A DNA stretch of 64,000 bases from an uncultured Actinomycetes bacterium (GTDB lineage: Bacteria > Actinomycetota > Thermoleophilia > Solirubrobacterales > 70-9), in assembly GCA_963797665.1 (NCBI GenBank), contig CAWCQE010000023.1, positions 219,845 to 283,844 of the forward strand. The letters run 5' to 3'. Under the pieces are notes generated by a model. That model did not search any database. It saw only the letters and a program-made list of their open reading frames with translations, and was not told the origin of the DNA. Below are positions 43,699 through 52,932 of the stretch, piece by piece (positions within the stretch are counted from its first letter, which is position 1; every line of letters starts with the position of its first letter). A program made the translations under genes and the position numbers.

Positions 43699-44271
43699 GT
43701 GAGCGGCATGGCCACAAGTAACGTTGAGCGGGTGTCCGAGGTCCCCACGAGCCCGCTTCCGCCGGTCGGAGACCGCGACCACGTCACGGGCTCCGACTCC
43801 ACCGCGGTGACGCTGGTCGAATACGGAGACTTCGGGTGTCCGTACTGCTTCGCGGCCGGCGTGCCGGTCAAGTCGCTCTTGGATCGCTTCGAGACCCTTC
43901 GCCTCGTGTGGCGACACTTCCCCGACGCCGAACTGCATCCCGGAGCGGACCTCGCCGCGGAGCTCTCCGAGCTCGCCGCGGTCCACGGCAGGTTCTGGCA
44001 GGCGAATTCACTGTTGCTCGCCGGGCGCGAGAGGTTCACGCACGAGGATCTGCTCTCGGTGGCGCGGCGGCTCGAGCTGGACGAGGATGAGGCGGAGACG
44101 GCACTCGGCCGGCGGACGTTCCGTGAGCGCGTCCTCGAAGACGTCGCGGGGGGTGGAGAAGCGGGAGTCCACGGCACCCCGACCTTCTTCGTGAACGGAG
44201 AGCGGCTCGAAGGCCATTGGCGCCAGCTCGCGCAGATCATTCCGGCGAAGATCGCGGAGTCGGGCCGGTGA
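43699..44271 (+). CDS. DsbA-family thiol:disulfide oxidoreductase (thioredoxin fold)
   Basis: Active site VEYGDFGCPYCFAAG (CPYC), C-terminal GVHGTPTFFVNGERLEG. Confidence 0.7.
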   Translation: MSGMATSNVERVSEVPTSPLPPVGDRDHVTGSDSTAVTLVEYGDFGCPYCFAAGVPVKSLLDRFETLRLVWRHFPDAELHPGADLAAELSELAAVHGRFWQANSLLLAGRERFTHEDLLSVARRLELDEDEAETALGRRTFRERVLEDVAGGGEAGVHGTPTFFVNGERLEGHWRQLAQIIPAKIAESGR

Positions 44272-45959
44272 GCGAAACCGGCCAGTCGATTGGCGCGGGA
44301 TCTCGCGAGACACCTGAGCGCGATGGGGCATTTCCACGCCTCGATGACAACCAGCGCACTCGGCTGCGGGGGCTCGGCCGCGTCCGTAAGGTCGAGCCGG
44401 GGGAGGTTCTCTTCGCCGCCGGCGACGAGAGCAGCGATTTCTTCATCATCGAATCGGGTGCGGTGGCGATCGTCCAGGGCCTCGGCAGGGAGAACCGCCT
44501 CATCGCCATCCACGGTGCCCACCGCTTCCTCGGCGAGCTGAATCTCCTGACCGGCCAACGGCTCTACCTCTCCGGGGTCGTCAGAGATGCGGGGGAGGTG
44601 ATCCAGGTTCCACTGGACAGGCTGCGGCGGATCGTTACCGAGGACAAGGCATTGAGCGACGTCATCCTCGGGGCATTCATGGCCCGGCGCGCGATTCTGA
44701 TCGGAATGGGCACGGGGATCAAGCTGATCGGCTCGCGGTTTTCCCCGGACGCCCGCCAGCTGCGCGAGTTCCTGGCCCGGAACCGGATGCCCTACCAGTG
44801 GATCGACCTCGAACGAGATGAGGACGCTGACGCCCTGCTCGATGGCCTCGGCATCAAGCCGGAGGAGACGCCGGTGGCGGTGGCCGGCGGCGGGGAGATC
44901 CTTCGGAATCCGAGCAGCGCTGAGCTCGGGAGGGCGATCGGTCTCGGCTCGCCCGGGCCATCGCCGCCCCTGTGTGACGTGGTCGTGGTGGGGGCCGGCC
45001 CCGCCGGCATCGCCGCTTCCCTCTATGCCGCGTCGGAGGGCCTGGACATCCAGTGCGTCGAGGCGGTCGCCCCCGGAGGCCAAGCCGCCACCTCAGCCCG
45101 GATCGAGAACTATCTCGGCTTCCCGGCCGGGATCTCCGGCAGCGAGTTGGTCCAGAGGGCGGGCGTCCAAGCGCTCAAGTTCGGCTCCCGGCTGGCCGTG
45201 CCGGCGGCCGCCGTTGCGCTGTCGAGCACCCCGGGGAGACACGAGATCGAGCTGTCGAACGGCGACGTCGCCACCGGCCGGACGGTTGTGATCGCCACCG
45301 GCGCGCGGTACCGGCGGCTCGACTTGCGGCGACTGGATGAATTCGAGGGCGGCGGCGTCTACTACGCCGCGACCCAGGCGGAGGCGCAAATGTGCGGCGG
45401 TGACCCGGTGGTGATCGTCGGCGGAGGGAACTCGGCCGGTCAGGCGGCGATGTTCATGTCCAAGGGCGCCGCTCGCTGCCGGCTCGTGATTCGCGGGGCT
45501 GACCTCGGCAAGTCGATGTCCCGCTACCTCGTCGCTCAGATCGAGAGCAACCCCTTGATCGAGGTCATGAGGCATTCACAGGTGATCGAGCTCCACGGCG
45601 AGGGAGAGTTGGAGGCAGTGTCGATCGCCGACACGCGTTCGGGCGAGCGCGCGCGGTTCGCAGCCCTCGCGCTGTTCGTCTTCATCGGCGCCTTGCCGCA
45701 CACCGACTGGCTGCAGGGTCAGCTCGCCACGGACCGCGCCGGGTTCCTGATGACCGGCAGGGATGTCCAGGGCGACGACCTCGCGGAGTACGACGGCGAG
45801 CGACCACTGTTCCTGGAGACGAGTCGACCGGGGATCTTCGCGGTGGGCGACGTCCATTCCGGCTCCATCAAGCGGGTCGCGTCCGCCGTTGGAGAAGGCT
45901 CAATGGCAGTTCGACTGATACACCAACGACTGGCCGCACCCGTAGGAGTGGCCGCCTGA
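44268..45959 (+). CDS. Cyclic-nucleotide-binding domain fused to thioredoxin-reductase-like FAD/NAD(P)-dependent disulfide oxidoreductase
   Basis: cNMP domain ...FAAGDESSDFFIIESGAVAIVQGLGRENRLIAIHGAHRFLGELNLLTGQR...; TrxR-like CDVVVVGAGPAGIAASLYAASEG (FAD), ...VVIVGGGNSAGQAAMFMSKGA (NAD), ...IFAVGDVHSGS; GTG start overlaps dsbA stop (GTGA). Confidence 0.8.
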   Translation: MSETGQSIGAGSRETPERDGAFPRLDDNQRTRLRGLGRVRKVEPGEVLFAAGDESSDFFIIESGAVAIVQGLGRENRLIAIHGAHRFLGELNLLTGQRLYLSGVVRDAGEVIQVPLDRLRRIVTEDKALSDVILGAFMARRAILIGMGTGIKLIGSRFSPDARQLREFLARNRMPYQWIDLERDEDADALLDGLGIKPEETPVAVAGGGEILRNPSSAELGRAIGLGSPGPSPPLCDVVVVGAGPAGIAASLYAASEGLDIQCVEAVAPGGQAATSARIENYLGFPAGISGSELVQRAGVQALKFGSRLAVPAAAVALSSTPGRHEIELSNGDVATGRTVVIATGARYRRLDLRRLDEFEGGGVYYAATQAEAQMCGGDPVVIVGGGNSAGQAAMFMSKGAARCRLVIRGADLGKSMSRYLVAQIESNPLIEVMRHSQVIELHGEGELEAVSIADTRSGERARFAALALFVFIGALPHTDWLQGQLATDRAGFLMTGRDVQGDDLAEYDGERPLFLETSRPGIFAVGDVHSGSIKRVASAVGEGSMAVRLIHQRLAAPVGVAA

Positions 45960-45971
45960 GGAGGCAATCCG

Positions 45972-46286
45972 ATGCCGTCTTGCACCCATCTCGATCACGT
46001 CCAGATCGCCCAACTCCCCGAGGCCGTCGACGGCTGCGAGGAGTGCCTGGCAGCGGGCGACCCTTGGCTCCACCTGCGGATCTGCCTCGAGTGCGGGCAC
46101 GTGGGCTGCTGCGACGACTCACCCAACCGTCACGCCACCGCTCACGCGAGGACCACCGGCCACCCGATCATCCGCTCGCTCCAGCCCGGAGAGGACTGGT
46201 CCTGGTGCTTCGTCGACGACATTCCACTCCTGATCGAGGGAATCGAGGGCGAGACCCGCATCCCGCCGTCACCGCTGGGCGGGTGA
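45972..46286 (+). CDS. zf-UBP (ubiquitin-hydrolase-type zinc finger) domain protein
   Basis: CTHLDHV...CEECLAAGDPWLHLRICLECGHVGCCDDSPNRHATAHARTTGHPII...EDWSWCFVDD matches the zf-UBP Cys/His pattern. Confidence 0.65.
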   Translation: MPSCTHLDHVQIAQLPEAVDGCEECLAAGDPWLHLRICLECGHVGCCDDSPNRHATAHARTTGHPIIRSLQPGEDWSWCFVDDIPLLIEGIEGETRIPPSPLGG

Positions 46287-46366
46287 GAATCTGGCTCGAC
46301 GCCCGACCGGCGGCGGATACCCTTGGGCCGTGGATCCGCAGGCGGGAGCGGTATCTACCACCACCA

Positions 46367-46440
<74 letters not shown>

Positions 46441-46493
46441 TCCGGCCCCTCGCAGCCTCGAACCTGCGGCACCGCTCGCCGTCCGGGCTCGCT

Positions 46494-46522
46494 GAGGCTC
46501 GAATCCTGCTCGGGGCGTCCGG
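46494..46522 (+). repeat. Direct repeat of the tRNA-Arg 3' end (att-like scar)
   Basis: AGGCTCGAATCCTGCTCGGGGCGTCCGGC repeats tRNA positions 46420-46448 (AGGTTCGAATCCTGCTCGGGGCGTCCGGC) with 1 mismatch, 55 bp downstream of the tRNA; marks start of lower-GC accessory region. Confidence 0.6.
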
Positions 46523-46678
46523 CGTTCTCCCTGCAAGTAGGCGCTTTCCGGCTGCGTTCACGGGCTGCGCCAGCCTTCATCGCTCGCCACTTCATCGCCA
46601 CTACGATCCTCGAACGCGGCCAGGCGGCGAGCAATATCGGCCCCGGCACCCTCGATAAGCGTCGCTCCGACATTTTCA

Positions 46679-47137
46679 TTAGTCGGTGGCGTGGGTTACG
46701 GGCTCGCCTTTGAAGGCTTCATCGACAAGCTTGTCAGCGTCTCCGTTCATCTCGCGGGGAACCCAGGACAGTCGCCATGACTTGAAGGGCTTGAGGGCTT
46801 CCCCGACTTCTTCGTAGAGCTCGGTAGCTCGCTCATTCTTGTTCCATCCACCCGTTATCTGGTTCACGACGTTCGCGGAGTCGCTGAACGCGGCGACATA
46901 GAGGAGTCGTTTCCCGGCGGCGAGCTTGAGACCGCGAATCAGAGCGAGGTACTCGGCCTCGTGTGGACTGCCGACGGGCCCCACTTTCTCGGCCACCCTG
47001 GCCAACACCGCGCCACAGCCGGGTTCCCGGAGAATGACCCCGATGGCGCCCTCCGCCTGGCCTTGCTCGTTGGCTCTCTTTCCTCCGTCGATGAACAGCA
47101 GGTAGTAGCCCTTCTTGAGGTCATCAACCATGAGCAA
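46679..47137 (-). CDS. RNase H (type 1, RVT_3/RNase-HI-like) family protein
   Basis: DGGKRANEQGQAEGAIGVIL (first Asp), EAEYLALIRGLKLAAG (Glu), YVAAFSDSANVVNQITGGW (Asp), REMNGDADKLVDEAF (Asn/Asp) match the RNase H catalytic DEDD arrangement. Confidence 0.7.
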   Translation of the reverse strand: MLMVDDLKKGYYLLFIDGGKRANEQGQAEGAIGVILREPGCGAVLARVAEKVGPVGSPHEAEYLALIRGLKLAAGKRLLYVAAFSDSANVVNQITGGWNKNERATELYEEVGEALKPFKSWRLSWVPREMNGDADKLVDEAFKGEPVTHATD

Positions 47138-47553
47138 CTCCTAACGTGGGCATCACTAGCCCTCCTTTTCTCGCCACTTCTCTTTCAGTCCTTCCCGCTG
47201 GTCCCGAGAGTGTCGCTCCCGCGTGAAAGGAGCAGTGCGAAGGCTCGCGCGTGCGAGCTACCGCCGTCTCTCCTAGCCAATGGGGATCGGGCCGAACAAA
47301 TAACACGAGGGCGAGAGCCTGCTCCTCGACGCTGCGATGAGTTGGCAATCCGCCTATCTGCCGAGACTAAGGACCTGCGCCGGCCCGCGGTGCCGAAGAC
47401 AGGAGGTGCGCAGGCGGAAACGATCCTCGAACCACTCGCCGCCGTTGAGGACGTGGCGTAGGCTCACGTACACCCTGTAGCACGCCGCGGCCCGCTGAGG
47501 CACCAGGCGAGGCAAGGCGTGTTAAAGCCGATGCCTCGCCCCATGACGCCTCT

Positions 47554-47736
47554 TTACATTCCGTCGGCTAGCTGGGCTACACGCTGGAGCGTCTCGCTCT
47601 CGTTGCCATCCCGGGGGACAGTGACCGTGATCTCGTCGTTGAAGATCTCAATCATGGTCGACCCGGCGCCATCCTGATCGTCCATCTCCTCCTGCTCGTC
47701 GTGCTCTTGCTCCTGCTGCTTCTTCTGTTGGGCCAT
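47554..47736 (-). CDS. Small highly acidic protein (60 aa), unknown function
   Basis: MAQQKKQQEQEHDEQEEMDDQDGAGSTMIEIFNDEITVTVPRDGNESETLQRVAQLADGM; upstream of RNase H on same strand; followed by 9-bp-stem hairpin GGCGAGGCA...TGCCTCGCC (47520-47554). Confidence 0.35.
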   Translation of the reverse strand: MAQQKKQQEQEHDEQEEMDDQDGAGSTMIEIFNDEITVTVPRDGNESETLQRVAQLADGM

Positions 47737-47862
47737 ACGAAACCTCCCGCCGGTTGAGGGTTAGCTCATTGCACAGCTACTAGTGCCCGCGCTCGGCCAT
47801 CACTAACGACTGCTACTGGCCGGAAACCTGACAACGCGACCGTCAACACGGGGCTGTTCGGG

Positions 47863-48156
47863 ATGAAGCAGAGCTTCGTCCCGCTGGCCGAGGCCGAGCC
47901 CGCGCGGGGCAAGGTCGTCGTCCCCTACAGCAACGACCAAGTCAAGGACGCGCCCTCGATCGATCCCGACGGTGAGCTCAACGCCGAGGAGGAGGAGACG
48001 CTTTACTCGCACTACGGCATCGCCTATTCGGGCTCGCAGCCGGACGACACCGCGGGCCCTCGTCCCGTCCGGCGGCGTTTACTTCCCGCCAGCTTGGGAA
48101 AGCTCCTCTTGGGCTCGGCCGGCATCGGAGTTCCATCTCCCGTCCCTCCTGGATGA
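47863..48156 (+). CDS. Hypothetical small protein
   Basis: ORF MKQSFVPLAEAEPARGKVVVPYSNDQVKDAPSIDPDGELNAEEEETLYSHYGIAY... in lower-GC island; no confident family assignment; start could be upstream non-ATG. Confidence 0.3.
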   Translation: MKQSFVPLAEAEPARGKVVVPYSNDQVKDAPSIDPDGELNAEEEETLYSHYGIAYSGSQPDDTAGPRPVRRRLLPASLGKLLLGSAGIGVPSPVPPG

Positions 48157-48322
48157 CCGTCGGTCGGGCCCTTTCCAATCCTCCGCCCTGGCCCCAGACT
48201 GTTCGGCGTAGACTGGGCCCCGGCCCCGGATCGGACTCTGCTCGGGGTTCCCTGGCTACCGCCTCTGGGTTTACCGGCCCGGGCCATTTCTTGCCCTCTC
48301 GGCGCGAGATACTGCGTAGGCG

Positions 48323-48721
48323 ATGTCGCGGGAGAACGTGGAGATCGTGCTCCGGTCGCTTGAAGCGCAGAATCGGCGAGACCGGATGGCGCTGTCTGCC
48401 CTCGTTGAGCTCGTGTTCACCGCAATAGATACCCCTCAGCGGCCCTCGCGCTCGCGACCAGTCGCATACCCCATCGGAGTGCCACGCCTTGTACGACGAG
48501 TGGTGGTCGATGTTTGAGTACGTCCGATTCGAGACGTACGACGTCGCGGAGGCGGGCTCCGAAGTCGTAGTCCCGAACACCGCCTACATGCGGGGGCGCG
48601 GCGGGATCGAGGTGAGCGCGAGGAGCACGTTCGTGTACACGGTCGAGAACGGACAGATCACTCGCCTTCGGATGTCCAAGAGCGAGCCGAGGCACTCGAA
48701 GCCGTCGGGCTGCGGGAGTAG
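48323..48721 (+). CDS. NTF2/SnoaL-like small protein, paralog 1 (two apparent frameshifts)
   Basis: MSRENVEIVLRSLEAQNRRDRMALSALVELVFTAIDTPQ...EWWSMFEYVRFETYDVAEAGSEVVVPNTAYMRGRGGIEVSARSTFVYTVENGQITRLRM...(shift)...EALEAVGLRE*; paralog of the intact gene 61581..61979. Confidence 0.5.
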
Positions 48722-48728
48722 GCGCCGA

Positions 48729-48780
48729 CTTCTGCTTTGCGCGAGAGCAGCAGCCTTCCGCCTTCACGCGAAAGCGGAAG
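48729..48780. repeat. Tandem palindromic hairpin repeats (degenerate copy of 26-bp family + related CTTCCGC...GCGGAAG hairpin)
   Basis: CTTCTGCTTTGCGCGAGAGCAGCAG (48729-48753) and CTTCCGCCTTCACGCGAAAGCGGAAG (48755-48780) directly after the NTF2-paralog stop codon. Confidence 0.6.
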
Positions 48781-48974
48781 TCCCCGCTGCGGCTTGTGGC
48801 TCTGCGGATGAGGTCGCCTCGAATGCAAAACGCCCGGGAGCAAACGGGGCGAAAAGCTGCTTATTGAACACGAGGCTCGGTCAGGGGGTCCCGGACCCTG
48901 CACGCAAATGGAAGCGCCCGATCTCTCGACCGGCGCGCTGCGCTATCACGGATGCGGTTTTGCTCGGCCGTGCG

Positions 48975-49742
48975 TCAGTGCGTGTACTTCACCAACTGCT
49001 CCATGTCTGACCCGCCGGAGACGTCGACCGCAAGAACCGCCTGGCCGCTGCCCTTGGCATAGAACTTGATCTCAGAGGCGTTTGGCTCGATCGGGGAGAA
49101 GTCCTCGGTCATGAGGGCCGGCTTGAAATGGCCAGCGGGAACCCGGGCCTGCCCGTCGAGAGCGAGAACTCGCGACTGGTCCTCGGCCACGCCCTTCGAG
49201 TACTCCTCGCGGTAGGACAAGCCGACCGTGGGCTTTGCCGGCAGCGCGACCCCGGGCATGTTGCCGTCGACACCCGCCTCCCACGAGCCGTTGTCACGCG
49301 GATGGCCGTGGACGTATTCCACCGTGTGCTCGCCGAAATACCAGACGTTCCCGCACTTGTCCTGGGCGTACCAATCCCTGGTCTTCTCGACCGGCTTGCC
49401 CTGATGCCTGACGACGTCCCTGATAACGCGGGCCTTGATCCCGTCGGCGATCATCTTCGTCCGTCTGGTCGCCTTGATCACGTCCCGGTTCACCGACCCG
49501 TCGGAGTAGTCAAGGACGCGATAGACCCAACGGCTGCCGACGGTCATCGGCCATTGGCGGTTGTTGATGTTCGCGCTGAAGTCAGCCGGGTGGAGATGGA
49601 CGGGGTCAGCCCCCTGCGGCAACGCCGGGCACTGCTGCGAGGTTCCGCCACTTGCCGCCCCACCGAGCGGCAACACCAACGCCGCGGCCAGAACGCCGAC
49701 CGTGGCGGCGCCCACCTTGATCTGGACTGATCTGTTGGCCAT
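48975..49742 (-). CDS. Secreted hypothetical protein (signal peptide, no recognised domain)
   Basis: N-terminal MANRSVQIKVGAATVGVLAAALVLPLGGAASG signal; 255 aa with typical globular composition; lower GC than core. Confidence 0.55.
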   Translation of the reverse strand: MANRSVQIKVGAATVGVLAAALVLPLGGAASGGTSQQCPALPQGADPVHLHPADFSANINNRQWPMTVGSRWVYRVLDYSDGSVNRDVIKATRRTKMIADGIKARVIRDVVRHQGKPVEKTRDWYAQDKCGNVWYFGEHTVEYVHGHPRDNGSWEAGVDGNMPGVALPAKPTVGLSYREEYSKGVAEDQSRVLALDGQARVPAGHFKPALMTEDFSPIEPNASEIKFYAKGSGQAVLAVDVSGGSDMEQLVKYTH

Positions 49743-49851
49743 GCTTGCGCTCCTTTTCGCGTCGGCTCCTTTGGTCGCAGAGTTGTGGCGGAGCGAGATG
49801 AAATGCCCGTGAAAAGACGTCTATCGGGGGCACGGCGAGATCCGGGCGTTC

Positions 49852-50058
49852 ATGGACGAGTTCTTCGCGAGTTGGGACGAAGTTCGTATAGAGATCGCTT
49901 ACGGCCCGGTAGAGGTCGAGGACGGCCTCTTGATCGCCGGGAACGTCACCTCACGTGAGGGCATCGAAGTTCAGGCTCGAAGCGCATGGCTGATCACGCT
50001 TCGGGACGCCAGCAGACCTCGCTCACGCTCTTCCAGACCAAGCAGGAAGCCCTCGAAG
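49852..50058 (+). CDS. NTF2/SnoaL-like small protein, paralog 2 (truncated/frameshifted)
   Basis: ...IEIAYGPVEVEDGLLIAGNVTSREGIEVQARSAWLITLRD...(shift)...LFQTKQEALEAAGLRE*; same C-terminal peptide and same downstream hairpin as paralogs 1 and 4. Confidence 0.4.
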
Positions 50059-50069
50059 CCGCCGGGCTG

Positions 50070-50095
50070 CGGGAGTAACGCTTTATCGACTTTTG
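50070..50095. repeat. 26-bp palindromic hairpin repeat copy
   Basis: CTTTTGCTTTGCGCGAAAAGCAGAAG (10-bp arms, GCGCGA loop). Confidence 0.6.
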
Positions 50096-50347
50096 CTTTG
50101 CGCGAAAAGCAGAAGACTTGACGGATGCCGATCACCTGTCATCGCTGCGGCCGCCCGCCCGATCCCGAGCGCGCGGACCTCGACGGCTAGCTGATCCTCG
50201 ACGCGGGAGGACGGCTGGACGCTCGTCGTCTGTCCGGACCGCCAGACGGACGCCGAGCGCCAAGGCGTCCGGTTGCTGCCCGGGAAGCGCGGCTAAGGCT
50301 GACCCTCTGCCCGCCTCGACGTCAAGCGGGCCCGAAGCCGATTCGCG

Positions 50348-51022
50348 TCAGCTGAGGCTGAACGGCGGATACCGGTCGGTGATCAGCAGGAACGCGTACG
50401 CCGTAACCCGGTTTCCCCATCGCAAGACGCCCTCGACGAAGTGGAACAGGCCCTCCGGGTAGCGGCCGGTGAAGAGGATCGCGAACCAGGCGATCACGAC
50501 ACAGACGAAGGCCGCGATCCAGAGGAAGAAGAGGACGATGTAGTGGGGGATCGCCAGAAACCACTTGACCAGCGGCAGCCACCGGTTCAGATCCCGCTCC
50601 ACGTCCGGGTAGGGAAAATCGAGATGCACCGACTGCTGCTCGTCGGTGGACGGATAGCGATCGTCCATCAACGCCAGATAGACAGCGACTCGGTTGCTGA
50701 ACCGCAGGAACTGGAGGTTCCAGTCGTACCACCAGCGGGGGTACTTGAGGCGGAAGACGATCATCAGCAGGGTGGCAAGGAAAAGGATCCCGGCGACGGC
50801 GACGGCGCCGCCGCCCCACCCGTTGCCGCCGCCGCCGAGCGCCGCGAGCACGATCAGGATCGGGATCACGGTGAAGATCCGAAGCCCCGTCGTGAGGCGG
50901 TTGAGCGGCCGATCGGGGTAGTCGACCGAGAACGTCAGCGGATAGGCGCCATCGGATGGCGCGGTAGGGGGCTCGGGCTGGGTTGGCTGGGTCGGACCCT
51001 CAGGTGCGCCGGGCTGTTCCAC
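50348..51022 (-). CDS. DUF4389 domain membrane protein
   Basis: ...YPLTFSVDYPDRPLNRLTTGLRIFTVIPILIVLAALGG...RYPRWWYDWNLQFLRFSNRVAVYLALMDDRYP...ITDRYPPFSL matches DUF4389 conserved blocks; GAGGAGG RBS + GTG start at 51020-51022. Confidence 0.65.
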   Translation of the reverse strand: MEQPGAPEGPTQPTQPEPPTAPSDGAYPLTFSVDYPDRPLNRLTTGLRIFTVIPILIVLAALGGGGNGWGGGAVAVAGILFLATLLMIVFRLKYPRWWYDWNLQFLRFSNRVAVYLALMDDRYPSTDEQQSVHLDFPYPDVERDLNRWLPLVKWFLAIPHYIVLFFLWIAAFVCVVIAWFAILFTGRYPEGLFHFVEGVLRWGNRVTAYAFLLITDRYPPFSLS

Positions 51023-51250
51023 TTGCGCCCTCCTCTCGCCTCTCGGCCGGACCCTATAGCGCTCGCGCGGACGGTGCAAGCGCGAAGAGCTACTACACGG
51101 ACAGGGCGAGGTGAAAGCCTCCTGCCGCGTTTGCGAAGCACCCAGGTGTTGGGGAGCGCGGGGCCGCCCCAAGCCCATCCCTAGCGCTGTGCTTGACGAC
51201 CCGTGGTCCGCGGCTGCCGCCGCTGGAGGTATGAATCCAGATGTGACCGG

Positions 51251-51468
51251 GCGCTTCTGCTTACACGCGAGGGTGTCGCACAAACGGTCTCCGCGACATG
51301 CACCCTACGGATGCTCAGATAGGGCCTAGAGCGGCTGGGGAGGCGACTTGCAGGACGAGCGCGAGCCGGACGAGGCCGAGGTCGCCCGGATTGTTAACGC
51401 ATGCGGAGAAGCGCTTCTAACGGCTCGGTTGGGGTTTGTGCGACAGCCTCACGCGAAAGCAGAAGCGC
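51251..51468. repeat. MITE-like element: about 35-bp inverted repeats (containing half-sites of the 26-bp hairpin family) flanking about 150 bp
   Basis: Left GCGCTTCTGCTTACACGCGAGGGTGTCGCACAAAC (51251-51285) versus right GTTTGTGCGACAGCCTCACGCGAAAGCAGAAGCGC (51434-51468): reverse complements with few mismatches; no ORF inside. Confidence 0.45.
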
Positions 51469-51642
51469 GTGCGCGGCACTTGCTGCGTTGGTGAGCATTC
51501 GCTTCCAGGCTGGACCAGCCGCATGCCCGTCCCGCGGACGCTGCCCGACAGCTAGGTGCCGAGGTTCCGAAAGTGGGCCAAGCAGTGGCACATTCGATTC
51601 TGGGAACAGCGCGACAGTCAGGCCCACTCGCTAGACGACTGA

Positions 51643-52050
51643 TCAGCTACAGGGAAGCTCGGCGCCGCTGGACTCCACCGCCCGCCGAACCGCGTTGCCA
51701 CACTTGACGCGAATGTGAAGCCCGTACCTCCGCGCCAGTCTGGTGGCCGTGACCAAGGCGCGAAGGCCGCGCGGATCGACGAAGCTGACCCGCCTCAGGT
51801 CGAGGGTGATCGACGCGGTCTGGGGCCTCTCGATGATCCGTCGCAGGGAGTCGCCGAGCGTCCACGCGCTGCTGACGTCGATCTTGCCGACCGGCCGGAT
51901 GGTCGTCGAGTTGCCGATCTGCTCGGTCAATACCGAGAGCCGCTTCGAAGCCGTCGCTGATTCCTCCTCAAGGTCGGGTCGAGGACCCGCTTTGCGTCCT
52001 GCTCGGTGATTGCGACTCGTTCTTCGTGCTACCGCTACCCGGGTCGCCAC
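51643..52050 (-). CDS. STAS-domain protein (anti-sigma-factor antagonist, SpoIIAA/RsbV-like); N-terminal extent uncertain
   Basis: ...LSVLTEQIGNSTTIRPVGKIDVSSAWTLGDSLRRIIERPQTASITLDLRRVSFVDPRGLRALVTATRLARRYGLHIRVKCGNAVRRAVESSG matches STAS fold including the conserved phospho-acceptor region (D.S.V.F.DS-like). Confidence 0.6.
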   Translation of the reverse strand: MATRVAVARRTSRNHRAGRKAGPRPDLEEESATASKRLSVLTEQIGNSTTIRPVGKIDVSSAWTLGDSLRRIIERPQTASITLDLRRVSFVDPRGLRALVTATRLARRYGLHIRVKCGNAVRRAVESSGAELPCS

Positions 52051-52376
52051 GCATCAAGCAGTGAGATTCCTGACTGACCGCAAGCGCCGCGCTCATTCCC
52101 CCGAAAACAGGACGGGGCCGCCGGAAATCGACGGCCCACGCCTCTGCCCACCTGCGTCCTCAGGGGGACGGACCAAGCTATACCCGTAAGTTCCGAAGCG
52201 ATTCGCACGAAGGCGGTCACATTCCCGACGGCGGCGGGACGCACGAGGATGATCCGTGCGTCGTAGCGGGAACGAATCGGGCCACCTCCGCGATTACGGT
52301 CGTTCCTCTTGGGCTCGGCCGGCGTCGGGGACTGATCGAGTGACCGCTGGTCGGGCCCGGTCTTGCCCTGCAGCTG

Positions 52377-52768
52377 TTACGAAGCGGTCCCCGCGAGCGG
52401 CATCTCGATCCAGACGGAGCCGTGGGAATCCCCATGAAGCGATCCCCAGTGCTGGGCGAGGGTTCGAGTCAATAGACGCCCCAACTCCGCTCCCCGAGCT
52501 CTGGACGCCGCGGTCGAAGCTCGTAGGCTGCCGCGCCGTCCCTCACCTCCACGCGCAGGTGGCGATCGCCCAACTCGATGCGCAGGGTGATCGGGCGGCT
52601 GTCCGTCTCCTCGCTTCGCACCGCGCCGGCGACGAGCTCGCTGACTATCAGGTGCAGGTCGATGAAGGCGTCGCTCTCGAGCCGGTCGCGAAACTCTTTC
52701 AGGGCCTCCCGCGACCACCCGGCGCTCTCGGGCTTCGCGGGCAGTTCGACTGTCAAATACTCCTGCAT
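52377..52768 (-). CDS. RsbW/SpoIIAB-like anti-sigma factor (HATPase_c Ser kinase), apparent frameshift
   Basis: MQEYLTVELPAKPESAGWSREALKEFRDRLESDAFIDLHLIVSELVAGAVRSEETDSRPITLRIELGDRHLRVEVRDGAA (N-box/helix), C-terminal ...GSVWIEMPL in second frame; paralog of 60776..61135. Confidence 0.5.
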
Positions 52769-52932
52769 CCGCCTCTGATCCTGATCTACCCCTTGCGGAT
52801 CTAGGCATGCTCCGATTTTGCGATCGATTGTTGGCTTCCGGTTAAGCCCAGACGGTGGGCGAGCCAGATAACCTGGCCCGGTTGCCTCGACGCACCCAGT
52901 TGGAAACCTGATAGACCCGGATGGCCTGAAAC

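Noticed and set aside
47554-47736. Acidic 60-aa protein as a Pup (prokaryotic ubiquitin-like protein) homolog
   Set aside because: It lacks the C-terminal GGQ/GGE motif and the Pup helix pattern. No pafA/dop/proteasome genes are nearby.
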